DNA from: Camelus ferus
Taxonomy: Eukaryota
Assembly: GCF_009834535.1 (NCBI RefSeq)
Contig: NC_045697.1
Span: 99,140,001 to 99,204,000, forward strand
DNA: 64,000 nucleotides
Reading direction: 5' to 3'
In this document: positions 47,527 to 60,864 of the stretch, one piece after another
Layout: each line of letters opens with the position of its first letter
How positions within the stretch are numbered: position 1 is the stretch's first letter
Position numbers and translations under genes: made by a program
The notes under the pieces: generated by a model
What the model was told of the DNA's origin: nothing
Database searches by the model: none
What the model saw: only the letters and a program-made list of their open reading frames with translations

Positions 47527-48499
47527 CACAGGATGCTGAGAGATATGACACAACATGGAGGGGCCAACCCCGTGGGTGCCACAGGGCCCAGTCACCGTGG
47601 ACATATGTGTGGCTGTAGCCGGGTCCTGCTCGTTCTCAACGTGTCCAGAGGTTTGCTGGGAACAGAGCCCAAATATCCTGCAGTCAGATGCACACACACC
47701 CTGGGTAGGAACCTAGAGAGGTCTGGAATACTCTGATTCACTTTCTGCTGAGGGACTCAGATGACAAAGGGGTGACTAGCTCAGTAAGATAGATTGCCAA
47801 GGCTGCTAACCTAACGTAAGTTCAAGATCCGGTTCAAGAACATGAAGAACACGGAGCCTTATGCCTGTCACTGGAAGTTGGACAGTACTACACAATCCTG
47901 AATGGCACTTTTTCCAGTTCAATTTCCATATCCCAGAGTTGATTTTTCCTAGAGAATCCCTGATCACTGGTAAAACCAACAAACCATCAAACAAAACAAA
48001 AAAGCAAACAGCTGATTTTCTTAATCAAATACCCCAAATCCATGGGTATGTGTTGTGTTTACAACTTTGATTTGCGGTGCAGTAAGGTACTACCACTCCA
48101 TGGCTAAAATGCATCGACTACCCAGAAAACAAGTACACACTACAAACCCTCCCCCCGCAGTTGGAGCACTAGAACATCACGTGTGGAATGTGTAAGTTGC
48201 CATGAAAGTTTTCTTCCAATTCAGATATAACATCTCACTTCTAAAAAAGCTTTGATTGCTCAGGGAGTCCCCAAGGGCCTCCAGCACCCCAGCACAGTGG
48301 CAGGGGTTGTGGGTGGAGTCTAAGAGAAGGGCAGTCATGGCCTTGGTCCCATAGGGATACTACCATCCCAGCGGAGACACCAAGTTCCCCTTCACTGGAA
48401 AGCTCATGGCTGATCCCAGCCTGTCAAGGGTGAGATGCGGCACATGCTCTGGTTCCACAGAATTTCCATAAAATCCGCCCGGTCAGACCTGGGATGGAG

Positions 48500-48670
48500 A
48501 GTTACACTGCAGAAAGGGGGTGGGATGGGGCACACAGGACACACAGATTTCTAGGGAGTGTCTGAGTCGAGGTGAGTCCCTGAACATCTCTGAGCTTCAT
48601 ATTCTCCTTTATAAAGTGAGAACATCCACCCAGGTGATCTTTAAGGGTCCTACCTGCCCTAAAATTCTCT
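48500..48670. mobile_element. MIR/MIR3 remnant
   Basis: gagtccctgaacatctctgagcttcatattctcctttataaagtgag...gatctttaagggtcctacctgccctaaaattct. Confidence 0.6.
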
Positions 48671-51600
48671 GGGAAGAACTTCACGGATAAGGTGGGACTT
48701 GAGTGGAAGCCTGGATGTTAGTGTAGATTTGGATTTGAAGGAGCAGAGGAGGAGAAGGGAAAGGCAGCTACTTGAAAGGAGGGAGCTAGCCACACACGAG
48801 ACCCCAAGGTATGTGCTAGGGTGTGTGGGAGGAAGGCCATGCGGGGCAGGGCGGGTCTGACACCGACGGGTCCGAGTGAGGCACAGACATGGGACCTAAC
48901 CAGCAACCAAGGAGCCACAGTAGGCTCTTAGAGGGACTAAAATAATAAAAGCATTACTTTAATAAGATTAGGCTGCTATCAGGTAAAGCAGAGATTAGGA
49001 CAGGGTTGGATCAGAAGGAGAGAAGTGGGGAGGCAGGGTTGGGAGAAATCCACCCAGGACCTGAAAGGAAGGTAGCCGAGACTCGGTTAGTGACTGTGGG
49101 AACTGAAGAGTCAACTTTAACTGCAAGGTATATTTTCCGGCAAGAATAAGGATTCACTCGCCCTTTTGAGGATGCAGGTGTCTGGGGTCACTCCCTGGTC
49201 CACTGGCCCCACCTCCTCCCTCTCACTCTCAGATCCTGGTTCTCATTCTGCCCTCACGGGGCTACCAGAAATCTGGCAGAGACAGTGATCCCTGCCAAAA
49301 AATTGGGTTTAAGTAATTGCAGTTTTCCTTGTCTTCTCTACTTTTTTAAAAACTGAATTTATTTACATCTGAATTTAGTATAAGGAATTTTACACATACC
49401 ACTGGCAGAGGATGGTAGGTGTGTACCCTGAATATTTTCAAATCTCTGACACTATATCCTGGGGATGAAGATGCCAAACAATAACAGAAAATATGCCCAA
49501 AACCACTTTGAGAAGAAGAAACCTTTCCATTTTTGTGCTTCCTTAGTTGCTTCCCCCAATTTCCTACTTCCTGCTAAGTGTTTCATTTAACTCTTTTCAA
49601 GAAGGCCTAATGAAATGACGAAAGTTAGATGGTGACCCAATTTTCGGGTTTCAATGACAAGGAGAATTCATAACAAATATGATAACTAAGTATTTCCACT
49701 AAGGCTATTAGTGAGTTAATGGTCTCTAATGGATTTTTTAAAAAGTCAGAAAAATCACTCTTTGGTTTTAATGCTAAATTCTTGCTTGCAACAGTAGTGG
49801 TGTGATATATTTTCATAAAATAGTTAATTTTGCATTTATTCCACCCATCTTTTAAGTCTCCACTAGAGATGGGAGTGAAAATAATTTCTAACCAAATCAT
49901 TAACCCCTAAAAAAACCAGTCTGGCCACTTCCCATGCATGACTGAAGAATACGTTGGTGGTTCCAGGTAAAAACATGCTTTATTATCAGCAACTTGGAAA
50001 CCAGGTGTCCTCTCTGAACAAATGAAAAATCTCCTCTCTGAAAATCTTCCTACTTCTTATTGAGACAACGCTGAGGAGAAGCAGGCACTCGGTCCACAGC
50101 CTCTGAAACCACCACAGGGCTCTGGAAAACGGATTGCTTCACCTATTTGTTCTGTCTTCTAACGTGAGGGAGGGGCCGCACGTCTCCCCATCTGTCTCCC
50201 TCGCTCGCTGGCCGGGGCCCCTCGTTGCCATGGTCTTTCCCACAGTGTCTGAAGGAACAAGATTCCTCTGACGTCTGACACTGGACCTCTGCAGGCAGCC
50301 AATTTGTTTTCCTTTCGCCTGCCCCTCCCCCATCCCTTTCTAATACAGGGGATTCTTCCTGCGCACCCACCAAAAGTAATGTGTCAAACTATGATTATGT
50401 TTTCTTTTATTTAGCAAGCGGAAGAGGGACAGATTGCTTTTTTCCTCTGACCACGTAAAGGTAATCAAAGGCCCAGGGAAAGCAGGGTGGGAGGGGGTTG
50501 CCGGAGGCTGCTGTCCTGGGCGGGGCCCGCTCTTCCCCGCGGTTCCTCTGAAGGAATCCTAGGCGACCGGTTGGTTCCCAGTTTTACTCAGTGGCCAAAG
50601 GCCAGCCACCATAGCTCCTCATTCTTTCTGTCTTCTGAACCAGCTCAGTCCATGTCTTGCGGAGAAGCGAAGAGGGTGAGGGCAAAGGGAGGCCCTACCC
50701 TCAAAAAACGAGCAGGAAAATCACTTAAATACTTAAATATTGTTTCTGTAGAATGGGCTGCTTTTAAAGGAAGTTAGTAAGTGGGGGAAAAGAATTCATT
50801 GAAACTCTTAAAACTTCCCACCAAATCTACACTGTCTGTACTGCTGAGCAAGGAAATGTAACTTGGGAGTTTGTGGGGAGGGGTGTACAGAGCATGGGGA
50901 AACTTATCTCCTTTTTAGATAAAGATTTTTTTTCCTTCAAATGTCTGTATCCCTTCAGTTAGAGAATGAATTTAGGGGTGGGGGAAGAATTTTAAAAAAT
51001 ATGGTATGATGGTTATTCCCTGCACACAGGCTTTTATCATGACGCCTGTGAAGAGGGGCAGACATGCACATGTAGAGCTGGTGGGCCTTTGAGGACGGGC
51101 CCATGGTAGCTGGGCCTTTGGTACCTCAGCTTCCCTCTACTCACAGGCTGTCTGGAAGAGTGCCTTCCGCCATCCCTTTAAATTGTCAAGGGGCTCACAG
51201 AAGAGGGTCCTTGGGAATTGAGGCTCAGGGCCTGTGGGCCACTTTCTAGGCTGGGGTTTCTGGTGCTGGGCACTGCAAGTCTCTCTGCCCATCACCTTCC
51301 TTTCACGGGCTCTGGAGAAACAGGCCCACCCCTCAAAACAGAGGCACTAAAGACTTCAGTACCAGGAGGATGGGCTAGAAGCTGAGAGGAACAGAAGTCA
51401 GATCCAGACTACTGGAGAAAAGGAAATCTGGGACGGAACCAGAACCAGCCAGCACAGGGAGAGCAGAGGACATCGTGTATCAGTGCAGGTGACTGAAACT
51501 GAAGGAGCCAGAGAAGAGTCAGGCTGAGGAAAGTCCAAACACAGACGCCAGCTGGCAGACACCTCCATCCCTGTCCCCCAAAGCAGGATGAGGTTTGGCT

Positions 51601-52096
51601 GGGAGAAATTCTTAACCCAAACTGTGCTTTCTGTTGCCTCTGTCTTTCGGCGGGGAAATCAAAGGCACTCTTGGGGGGGCATTTCTTAGTTTTCTTTCAG
51701 TCCTCATGCAAGCAGGCCTTGGGAAGTCGAGGAGTTTCAAGGGAGTGCTTCTGAGGGTCTGGATTGTGGAAGGGCAGGGGGAAGAGCAGGAAGGTCTCAG
51801 CCTGACCAGATATTTTGTTGGCAGCCATTTGTAACGGCTGCAAGCTCACCCCGGCTTTGTGTTGCTGGCCTCAGAAGACAGCCTGTCTTGGGGGCCTCCC
51901 TTTGAGTGAGCGCCATTCAGAAGGCCTTGTGTCACTGGCCAGAGTGTGGGTGTGATTTGTGGCCGCTTGAGCCCTGGAAGCGTCGGAGGACACCTCCTCC
52001 TCCCCATCCAGGCCCTCCAAGCTGTCCTCAAGGAACAACCCAACAGTTCTAAACAGAGCTCAGATTGAGCAAATACTTTCTCCTTCAGGAAAGATT

Positions 52097-52196
52097 GGAG
52101 GGAGAGGGTACAGCTCCGCGGGAGAGCGCATGCTCAGCCTGCATGACGTCCTGGGTTCAATCTCTAGTACTCCCATTAAAAAAAAAAGAAAAAAAA
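52097..52196 (+). mobile_element. tRNA-derived SINE (camelid vic-1-like)
   Basis: A-box-like (gtacagctccgcggg), B-box gggttcaatct, A-tail, and TSD aggaaagatt (52087-52096 / 52197-52206). Confidence 0.85.
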
Positions 52197-55100
52197 AGGA
52201 AAGATTAGGAGTTTCTTCATATTGGGGAAGAACAAAGAATGGTTTATAAATGTACAGTTACTATATTGACAAAGATATGCTATACTTATTATATTAAACA
52301 ACAATAAAACAACAGCAAAGTTCATATTTGACCTGACACTTTTGCTTTTCAGGAATCTTTGCCTTAATGCCAATTTTTAAAACATGAAACATATATTCAC
52401 ACTAAAATACTTAAAAAATTTCCACTAAGAAAGATGGCTATTCAAGCACTAGGGGGCCAAGGTAAATGCTTGGTGGCCTTAACATAGATATTTGCATACA
52501 TTCCCTTCCTCATCTGTTGTCTCACAGATCCGAGTGAAAATCTGATTTTTGGGGGAGGTAAAAACCCAGCTGCAGGAACAGCTCGTAAACCTCACCACAG
52601 ACACAGTACTCGTGGCAACAGGAGCTGTTTCCTTTGGCTTCTGAGCTCTGGTAACTGTCAAGGGCTGGGGTAGGGAGGGGGCACCGATCAGAGAAATCTG
52701 GGAAGACATGAGTCTGTCAGAACACGTGAAAGGACTTGACACGGAGGCCACGTTCGTGTTGCACAATTTGCATGAACACTTCTGGACAAATTCTGTTTTC
52801 ACATGCAATTCACAGACCCGCAGTGGCAGTGCTAATTGGTGAGGTTGCCACTCAAGTGTGGTACAGAACAGCAGCTCTCGCTACACGGATGAATAATACA
52901 GAGTTTGGAGCAATGCAGTAATTATTTTACAGTTATTTTGCATCTCCATTATTCCATTATCTCTTTGTCCCATTCCCCCTACCATAGTGGAGTTGAATAA
53001 GAAAATCCAACGCCCCACCCTGCACCAAAAAAAAAAAAAAAGTGGGATTCATGTTATTTGAAATCAGCTTACGAATAGGAAAAGACATGGTAAGGAACAG
53101 CTATCATTTCATTAATATGGATGGATTATTCATGTCACTAGAGTGACAGTGAATTTGATTTTACCCTGAAGTGCCAATAGGATGCCAAACATAGCCGGGA
53201 AAAACACAAGAAACTCTGAATGGTAGAATGCTTTGGAATTCATCTGCAAGAATTCCAGGCCTCCAAGATGAGGTAGCTCATTGCCCACGTGATATTTCAA
53301 TGATAAGTGGAAAGGAAGAGAGGTTTAAGATTTCCCTGGGTGCCTCCATGTAAGAAAGAGAAGGGAGGGTGACAATGCCCCAGCCCCTTCCTCAGTGGCA
53401 TTAGGAGCTTGAGAAACTTAACAGGGGGGAGCCCTCTCCCATAGGTCACTCTCCATCTCCAATAAAATCAATGGGTTCGGAGGGAAGGAAAGGCCGTCCC
53501 GGTGGAGGGTCACTAATTCTCCTGCAGACCATCCAGCATCTGCTGCCTGTGCACTAAATGCAAACCAGGCCGACTCTCACAATGGCCTTTGGTGCAGTTT
53601 TGGGTTTTCTCCCCCTTTGTTCCCTGGAAATCGTAAGCTTTAAATCCTCTTTGACTCCGAGTTACCAATGGGGCTGTGTCTAAACCATATCGCGTCACGT
53701 GGTGAAACCTGACCCACTGGATTTCCTCCTCCACTGTTCACTCTGACCTCAGCGCAGAAGCCTGCTCTGGAGCAGCCGAGAAAGATGGACATTTAAAGAC
53801 ACAGTTAGGTTCTCTTGGGCTTAACTTTTTTTTTTTTTTTTCACATTTTACCTAAAAATGATCTCTTTAAGACTCCTGTATTTTGAATTTCAAAAGTCAG
53901 TGATACATTTCATCTGCAAATCTCATCACTACTATCATCTCCCCCCTCACTGGCCTTTTTTTTTTTTTTTTTAAATGGAATTGAGAGAAGGTTTGGGAAG
54001 AAGGGTTTTTGTTTTGCTTTCACATTTCTGACTTCAGCCTTAGTTGAAAATGATTAACATTTTACGGACAGTAGGAGCGGAGGCGTCTCCTCCTGGTTGG
54101 GACAACTAGCAAGTTGTCTCCTGTGATCCAGTGACTCCTTTCCCCACGTCAAAGATGCGCAGACCTGAAAGGCAGCCCCCATCTTCAGGCTCTAATTCTG
54201 GATCTGGCGAGTGGAGTAGGCTAAAGACGAGTCTTAAGGGTCGGTGGTGGTGGGGTAGTTACCTGTCGGTATAACTTGCCAGATAACAAAATGCCTCTTA
54301 AAAATCTCTCTTCCAGGTCTCAATCTCACTATGACATTGCCACCTATGTGCTAAATAGGTCTTCTGGAAGATTGCTATGGTACTTCACATACCACTTGGA
54401 ATGGCCGTCCACACACATGTAACCCCCACAGCCCCTAACACTAGAGAGTGCTAAGGTTCTAAGGAGGGACATACAGGACCGGTAGGTTTGATGGACCCCA
54501 GGGAGCCAGGGGACAGGACCCTGTGCCTGGCAGGAGGGAGGAGAAGACACTGAGATAAACCCAGCCCAGTGAACGGTTCTGCCCACAGCAAGTCACAGAG
54601 TTACAATGGCATCTTTGACCACAATCTAATGGATCCACAAAGGATCCATTCTTATTTCTCAGAGTGTCTACATGCAAGGTTATGATGCAGCCCCTTTGTT
54701 AAAGAAAGATACACATTCAAGCAGAGACCTCCATGGAGCCCCCATGTGAAAGGAGGCCTGTACTGCATTTATATGACAGCGGTCTGGGCCCAGCAGCAGA
54801 AATCTGAGGCTCATAATGACCAGCCTGACTCTGAAGAATAGACTTGTCTTCTCGCTTGCCTGCAACTCGGTGATTCACATTCTAACATTCCTTGCAGGTA
54901 GGGATTGCAGTGATTTCTACAGAATGGTACAGATGGCTCGCTTTAGGTTCCCTGATATATCATATTTCATCAACTCTAAGACTCATAAATTTTAAGACAT
55001 ATATGATGTAGTGCTAGAAAGAAAGAAAAAGATGGTACCCACTAAACCATGGCACGTCATCAAGTGTAAGATTCATCCTGATTTCAGAGTTGCAAAAAGG

Positions 55101-56919
55101 TGCATCTTGGGCTCAAGGAGAGACGGTTTTTAGGGCCATGGGTTACATGGGCCCAGGCCTGGGCCTAGGCTCCCTTACAACCAGTAGGCCCAGAGTGGCG
55201 GTCACTCCTCCACCCACGTGTGGCGTGCACCCTGGACCCAGCCATGCTCTCTCTGTGCTCGTGGCCCCACCTCTGAAAAGGGGTGAATGATGACACCCAC
55301 CTCCCTCCTCTTCTGTGGGAACAAGGAGAGGACAGCTGGGGAAAGTGGCCATGGGTCACGGGGGCTTCGGAAGCCAGGCCTTCCCCCTCACAGCTTCATT
55401 CAGAGCAAGATGTGCTACAAACACTTTCTGTATTTTTCTAAATGATAGTGAAAAAAACCCAAAAACGTTACCATTTAGCATCGCACATATTTCTTCCAAG
55501 AGAGCATGTGTACAGATAAGAGGTAGCCCAGCCACTCAAATTCACAGGACTAGCACCGAAATCATTTTAGTTTGATTCTGGAAGAAAAAAGGCTAGGGGT
55601 GGGCAATCATTTTAAAGGAAAAAAAATGACCCTCTACATTTATAACCATAGTTATTCAGGCTGCTAATGCTTATGGTCCTCGGTGGCTGCCTTGTGGTGA
55701 CACTGGGAGAGCTGAAAGGGAGAAAGAAAATGGAACAGCAAAGTTTTTGCAGGCGGGGGAGTTTTTTTTTTGGAGCTATCTGCTAGGTCAAGATAATAGG
55801 ATATACTACAAACCTGAGGAATTTATTCTTCCTGTCTTCAAAAAGACTTACTGCCGACTTGAATCTTGTTCAGGAAAGGGCTCAACTAATAAAAAACAGA
55901 TTTATAAAAAGGATGGGAGCCACACGACTCAATTTCTATTTTCCTTCCTTCCCTCTCTCCCTTCTTTTTTAATTGTGGTAAAATGCATATAACATTTATC
56001 ATTTCAGTCACTTTAAAGTGTACAGTGCGGTCGTGTAACCCTCACACTATCTATTTCCAGAATTTTTTCATCCTCCCGAAGAGAATCTCTGTACACACTC
56101 AATAGCCTCCCTTTCTTTGTTCTTTTACTGTATTTGTTTAGTTTTGCTAAGAGCATTGTAAGTGCTATAATGGTTGTATTGTATTGTGTTTGTATTGATA
56201 TAAATTTGAAAAGGAATGTGACAAATGCAAAAATGGGAAAAGTCCTGACCAAAAAGGGAAAGATGAGTTCTAGAAGCTGGGGAGAGAACTACTATAAACA
56301 GGGCTTTATAACCCAGGGTCTAAAACTTACTGTGAAAATAAATTATGATTTTACAAAATGACTAAAGGGAAAAAGAAAATCTGTATTAGGGCAACTGCAG
56401 ACCTTTTATGCTCCTGACCCACCCACTTCCCTGAGGCAGAGGTCAGAGTTAGTAGGGCTGCATGGCTGCTCGAGCCAAGTAGATATTAACTCATCAGATC
56501 TTAGTCCTGTTCACTCCTGTCCATCTGTCGGTCCATCTCCCTCACTGCACGTGTCCACCTTTAGTCAGCAGGCGTTACGCATGTGGTGAGCACAGTGCTA
56601 GGCATCGTGGCTACAGAGACACACAGGCACTGGTTCACCCCCAAGTAACCCCTCCGTCAGGAGGGAGACAAATACTGAAACAAAGAATTATGTAATGAGA
56701 GAAACAGATGAGGGGACGATTAATTCTGTCCTTGGACTGGGGTGGGGGCAGGAGGTAGGAATGAAAACCCTCTTCACCCAAGGTAGACTTAATATACCTC
56801 CTGTGTGATTTGTACATTAATATTTTATACTGTTATAAAGTTATGAATATGAATTCATAGACTATGTATAATATGCAGCTATAATGTTAGTTGAAAAGCA
56901 GAATATAAAATAGCATATA

Positions 56920-57062
56920 GGGGAGAGGATATAGCTCAAGTGGTAGAATGCATGCTTAGCACGCACAACGTCCTGGGTTCAATCCCCAGGACCTCCTCTA
57001 AAAACAAACAAACAAACAAACAAATCCTAATTGCCTCCCTCCCCCAAAACAAACAAACAAAA
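56920..57062 (+). mobile_element. tRNA-derived SINE (camelid vic-1-like, longer-tail variant)
   Basis: tagctcaagtggtaga A box, gggttcaatccc B box, (AAAC)n tail, and TSD ataaaatagca(t/c)at (56905-56918 / 57063-57076). Confidence 0.88.
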
Positions 57063-57199
57063 ATAAAATAGCACATGCCCAATGACTGCTACTGTGTTAA
57101 AACTTCAACTGGTATATAAGGTGCAAAAGATAAATTTGTTGTATCAGGTTGCTGAATTATGGTGGGTTTTTAAAATTTAGAAATGGAAACATGCTCTTA

Positions 57200-57680
57200 T
57201 ATTATTATAATGTTAATTTCCTTAAAATTGTTTTTCTTTTTAATTATAAATTTATTCATTATAGAAAATTTGGACAACACAAAAAATATAAAACCAGAAA
57301 GCAAAAGCACTGGTAATCATTATCAAAAAGTGGTAATAATCGCTTGGTAAATTTCCTTCCAAAGTATTCAGTCAAATAAAATAAGGATCATATTAGTCCA
57401 TTGAATGGATGTGTTATCATTCATTTAACCAATTGTCTATTGTTGGATATTTAAGTTAGTTTCAAATTTTCACCATTTTAATTTATGTTGAAATGAACCC
57501 TCTTGTATGTAAACATTTGTACACATCTCTGATTATTTCCTTGGAATAGCTTTCTAAGAAGTAGAAGTTGTGTGTCAAAGAGCATGGATATTTTTAAAGC
57601 TCCTGTTTTGGAACATATTCCCAAATTGCCTTCTGGAAAGATTTAACCTATTTACATGTGCACTGGGAATATACAAGGGT
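57200..57680 (-). mobile_element. Ancient L1ME-type fragment
   Basis: tttaaccaattgtctattgttggatatttaagttagtttcaaattttcacc...ttatttccttggaatagc...ccaaattgccttc. Confidence 0.7.
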
Positions 57681-59819
57681 CTCAGTATTACACTTTATAT
57701 TCAGGGTTTAAAAATGACCAGTTTTCCCAGTGCAATTTCGATTCTGCATGTTTCCTTCCTAAGAAAGACAATGCAAGACGCTGCGTATAAGATTCAGTTA
57801 TAGCATGTAGTCATCTCAGCTTTTCCCTCAGTTTCTCTTCCTCTACCCAAAGCCTGGGGAGTAGGACTGGTCAGTCTTTGCTTTCCTTAATCAGCATGAT
57901 GACAACAGATGTCTCCCGCCCTGCCTCTTCAGGGTGGTGGAGGCCTGGATGCCACAAACACTCTTCACGGGGGCTGTCACCTGAGATTCTTCAGCTGTCT
58001 GCTCAGAGGCAAGGCCCCTGTGTATCAGAGTGAAAAGGCACGTCTTTATTCCTGGAGTTGGCTTGGCCAGCTGGCCAGCACCAATTCTCATGAATGACAG
58101 CTGGTTTGCTGTTCCATATTTCAACAGCCGTAAGCCAGGATAACACCTGTAGGCTCTGGGCATGAAAAGCGACTAGAACAACACAAGAGAAAGGCTGCTT
58201 TTGTGATCTGGCATGGACCTCCCACTACCTTAGCATCTTGGATCAAAGATAACTATGCCAGCAATGAGGGCAACTGATCAAGTTTGAATCTACTGCTCTG
58301 TTACAACTGCAACCGATTTGACTCAGGCTTCAAATTACCTTTTTTGGTTCCCCATATGCGGTTTACTACAATAGTGAAAAAAAGAAAGAGAAAGAGTGAG
58401 CATCCGCACGTCAGTATTAGATGACACCCATGCACATAACAAAGAGGTGCTGGGTGGTTCTGCTGATGAGACTACTATAGGCGATGAAGTTCTACCAAAA
58501 TTTCTGGTTGTCTAAAATTTTGGCAGTGCATCAGGATAGGGCAATAATTAAAATAGAAACCACCTGCCTCTCCAATTCAATATATTTAATGGGCACTGTG
58601 GGGTCCCAAGTTGGTCGAGAATAGTTTTTGCAAGTTTGGAATTAAATTTCCCTTATGCTGGGACATCCTCAGTGGTCTGAGGGGAACAGAGCAAAGTGTG
58701 AGAATGGGAAATGGAAAATTAGAAGTTATTTGTTCATCTATGTAATTCATTAGAAAAACTGCACGTAATAGAAGGAAAGAAGCAACTTTTGCAGACTATT
58801 GAAGCATGTAGGTTGTCTGCAGAAGAATGTTCTTTGAACTTTTGAATCCCAATTTATTAGCTGCTTAGTATGTTTCAGAAGTGACACTCCCTTGTCATGA
58901 AAAAGTTGATGCTTTTGAAAAATAAGATGGGTGTTGATGAAGCGTTATTCACTTCAAGGTCTACCACGGTGTAGAATGAAATGGATCTCTGATTTTGAGA
59001 ATATTTTTATTATGCCCTTCAATGCAAACTAAAGCCAGAAGTAGGTTGGCCTATGTAACAGAATCACATTTGGTTGAAGAGAGAAAGATGGCCTTAAATA
59101 GTTGTCCCTCAACATTCCGGTAGAATATCTCACAAACTACACCCAGGAGTGAAGTACTCCAAGCCTAGACCGTGACTGGACCCAGATGCAGCAGCAACTT
59201 TGACACACAGGGAAGCTGCCTCAGAGAAGTCGGTGTGCAAATTCAAGCTACTGGTAATAAAATTCTTCTGGAAATGACTTGGATATGTCTTTGCACTTAG
59301 GCTGTGCTAAGCTGGTTTAGGTTCCTACCAGCATGGACAGCTCTTGGTTTACTGTGCACCCCTCCGCAACCTGCCCCCGCCCTACCCGCACCTTTTTGTT
59401 CTGTCTGGGTCAGTGTCTGACAGCTTGGCACCCGTGAAACAGTTGTGACTAGGAGTATCCGCACACAGTGTTCTTGAGAACCACAGTAATTTTGAGAACC
59501 AGGTAACTGAGAACCAAGTATTTCCTTAAGGAAACACCTGGGTTTTTGCAAAGCTAAAATCCCCTGCCCTTCTTGCTAAGGATTTTTTCAGGGGCAGGCT
59601 CTCTGACTTTGCAGGACCTGATGTGAAGGTGTGACTAAGTCTCCTGCTAGGACAGCTCTCACCATCAGCGGCTTGGAGGCAAATTCTCACAGCAAATGGA
59701 TACTCACAGTGGGACCAGCATGAAATCGGCTCCCCTACTCCCCCCTGCCCGCTTCCACGCCAGCCTCAGACGCATGCCTCTGAACATGGTGCTGCCGCCT
59801 TGGCAGCCTCAGGTGTGGG

Positions 59820-60249
59820 CCAGTGGGTCATCCTAGACTCTTCCTTTCCCCTCTCATCCTCCAGGTCTAATCCATGAAGGAATCTGGTAACTTCTATCTC
59901 CTTAGTGTCATCCCACTTGGTATTTCATAGGTCCAGGTCGTCAACACTTCCCTTGGGTCACTCTGCTAGTCTCCTCACTGGTTTTCCATTTTCCTCTCTT
60001 GTTACCCTTTAATACACTCTCAGCTACGAGGCTGAGCTCTTGGATGATGCTTGTACTCTTCAGTCCTCCCCTCATCAACTGCATGCAGGGTAAAAATCAT
60101 ATTCCTTAGCAGGGCACACTTCATGACCTGGCTCTCCAGCCCCACTTGTCTACTGCCCCATCCCAGCCCCCACGCTAACTCTGGCCCCACCAAATTACTT
60201 TTATTTAGCTGAATGTGTCTTCTGTTCCTCTATCTATTTCTTCTGCCTC
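59820..60249. mobile_element. L2 remnant (continues ~60865-61180 after the LTR)
   Basis: gtcatcctagactcttcctttcccctc..., tagtctcctcactggt, cttcacctggctaactccttc, ending in a tgaatga-type tail near 61165. Confidence 0.6.
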
Positions 60250-60864
60250 TGAAGTGAGAGGAAAGGGGGCAGGTCACAACCATTGAAGGAATGACATAGC
60301 AATTGAGGACAGAACAAACTGGTTAGAACCAAGATGGCAGAAGATTTGACTTCCAGGAGACCTTGAACCTCATGGCGCACCCACGGTGCCATGACAGTTC
60401 CTAGGCTGACCATAAAAGGTCAAAAAGTAGGGGAGGGGGGAGCGGTTTCCTGGAAATTCTCACCCCTTCTCCAAAGTAGTTGGAATAATCCTCCTACTTA
60501 TTAGCATGTGAAATTACCCAGCCCATAAAACCTAGTAACTCTGCACCTCATGGTCCCTCTGCACTGTCACTCTCTCTCTCGCCTTCTGAGATGGCCCGCA
60601 CTCTGTCTATGGAGTGTGTATCTACTTTTACTTTAAACTAAACTCCCCCACCCCTCTCGGCTTCTCTCCCTCTCACCTTTCTGAGATGGGCCACATTTTG
60701 CCTATGGAGTGTGTCTGTATCTCCTAAGCTGTTTTCCCTTCTGAGTGAGACAGACCCCACTTTCTGTGAAGTGTGTCTCTCTCTAAATAAACTTGCTTTC
60801 ACTTTACCATGCCTTGCTCTTGAATTCTTTCCTACGCGAGGCAAGAACCTATTTTCCCACAACG
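60250..60864 (+). mobile_element. Solo LTR (ERV1-like) with internal tandem repeats
   Basis: TG start, TATA-like cccataaaa at ~60523, AATAAA at ~60786, U5-like gaattctttcctacgcgaggcaagaacc, and flanking duplication cctc (60246-60249 / 60865-60868). Confidence 0.85.

Noticed and set aside
56920..56995. tRNA gene
   Set aside because: It has A/B boxes but also an A-rich tail and a TSD, and a related copy exists at 52097, so it is a SINE head.
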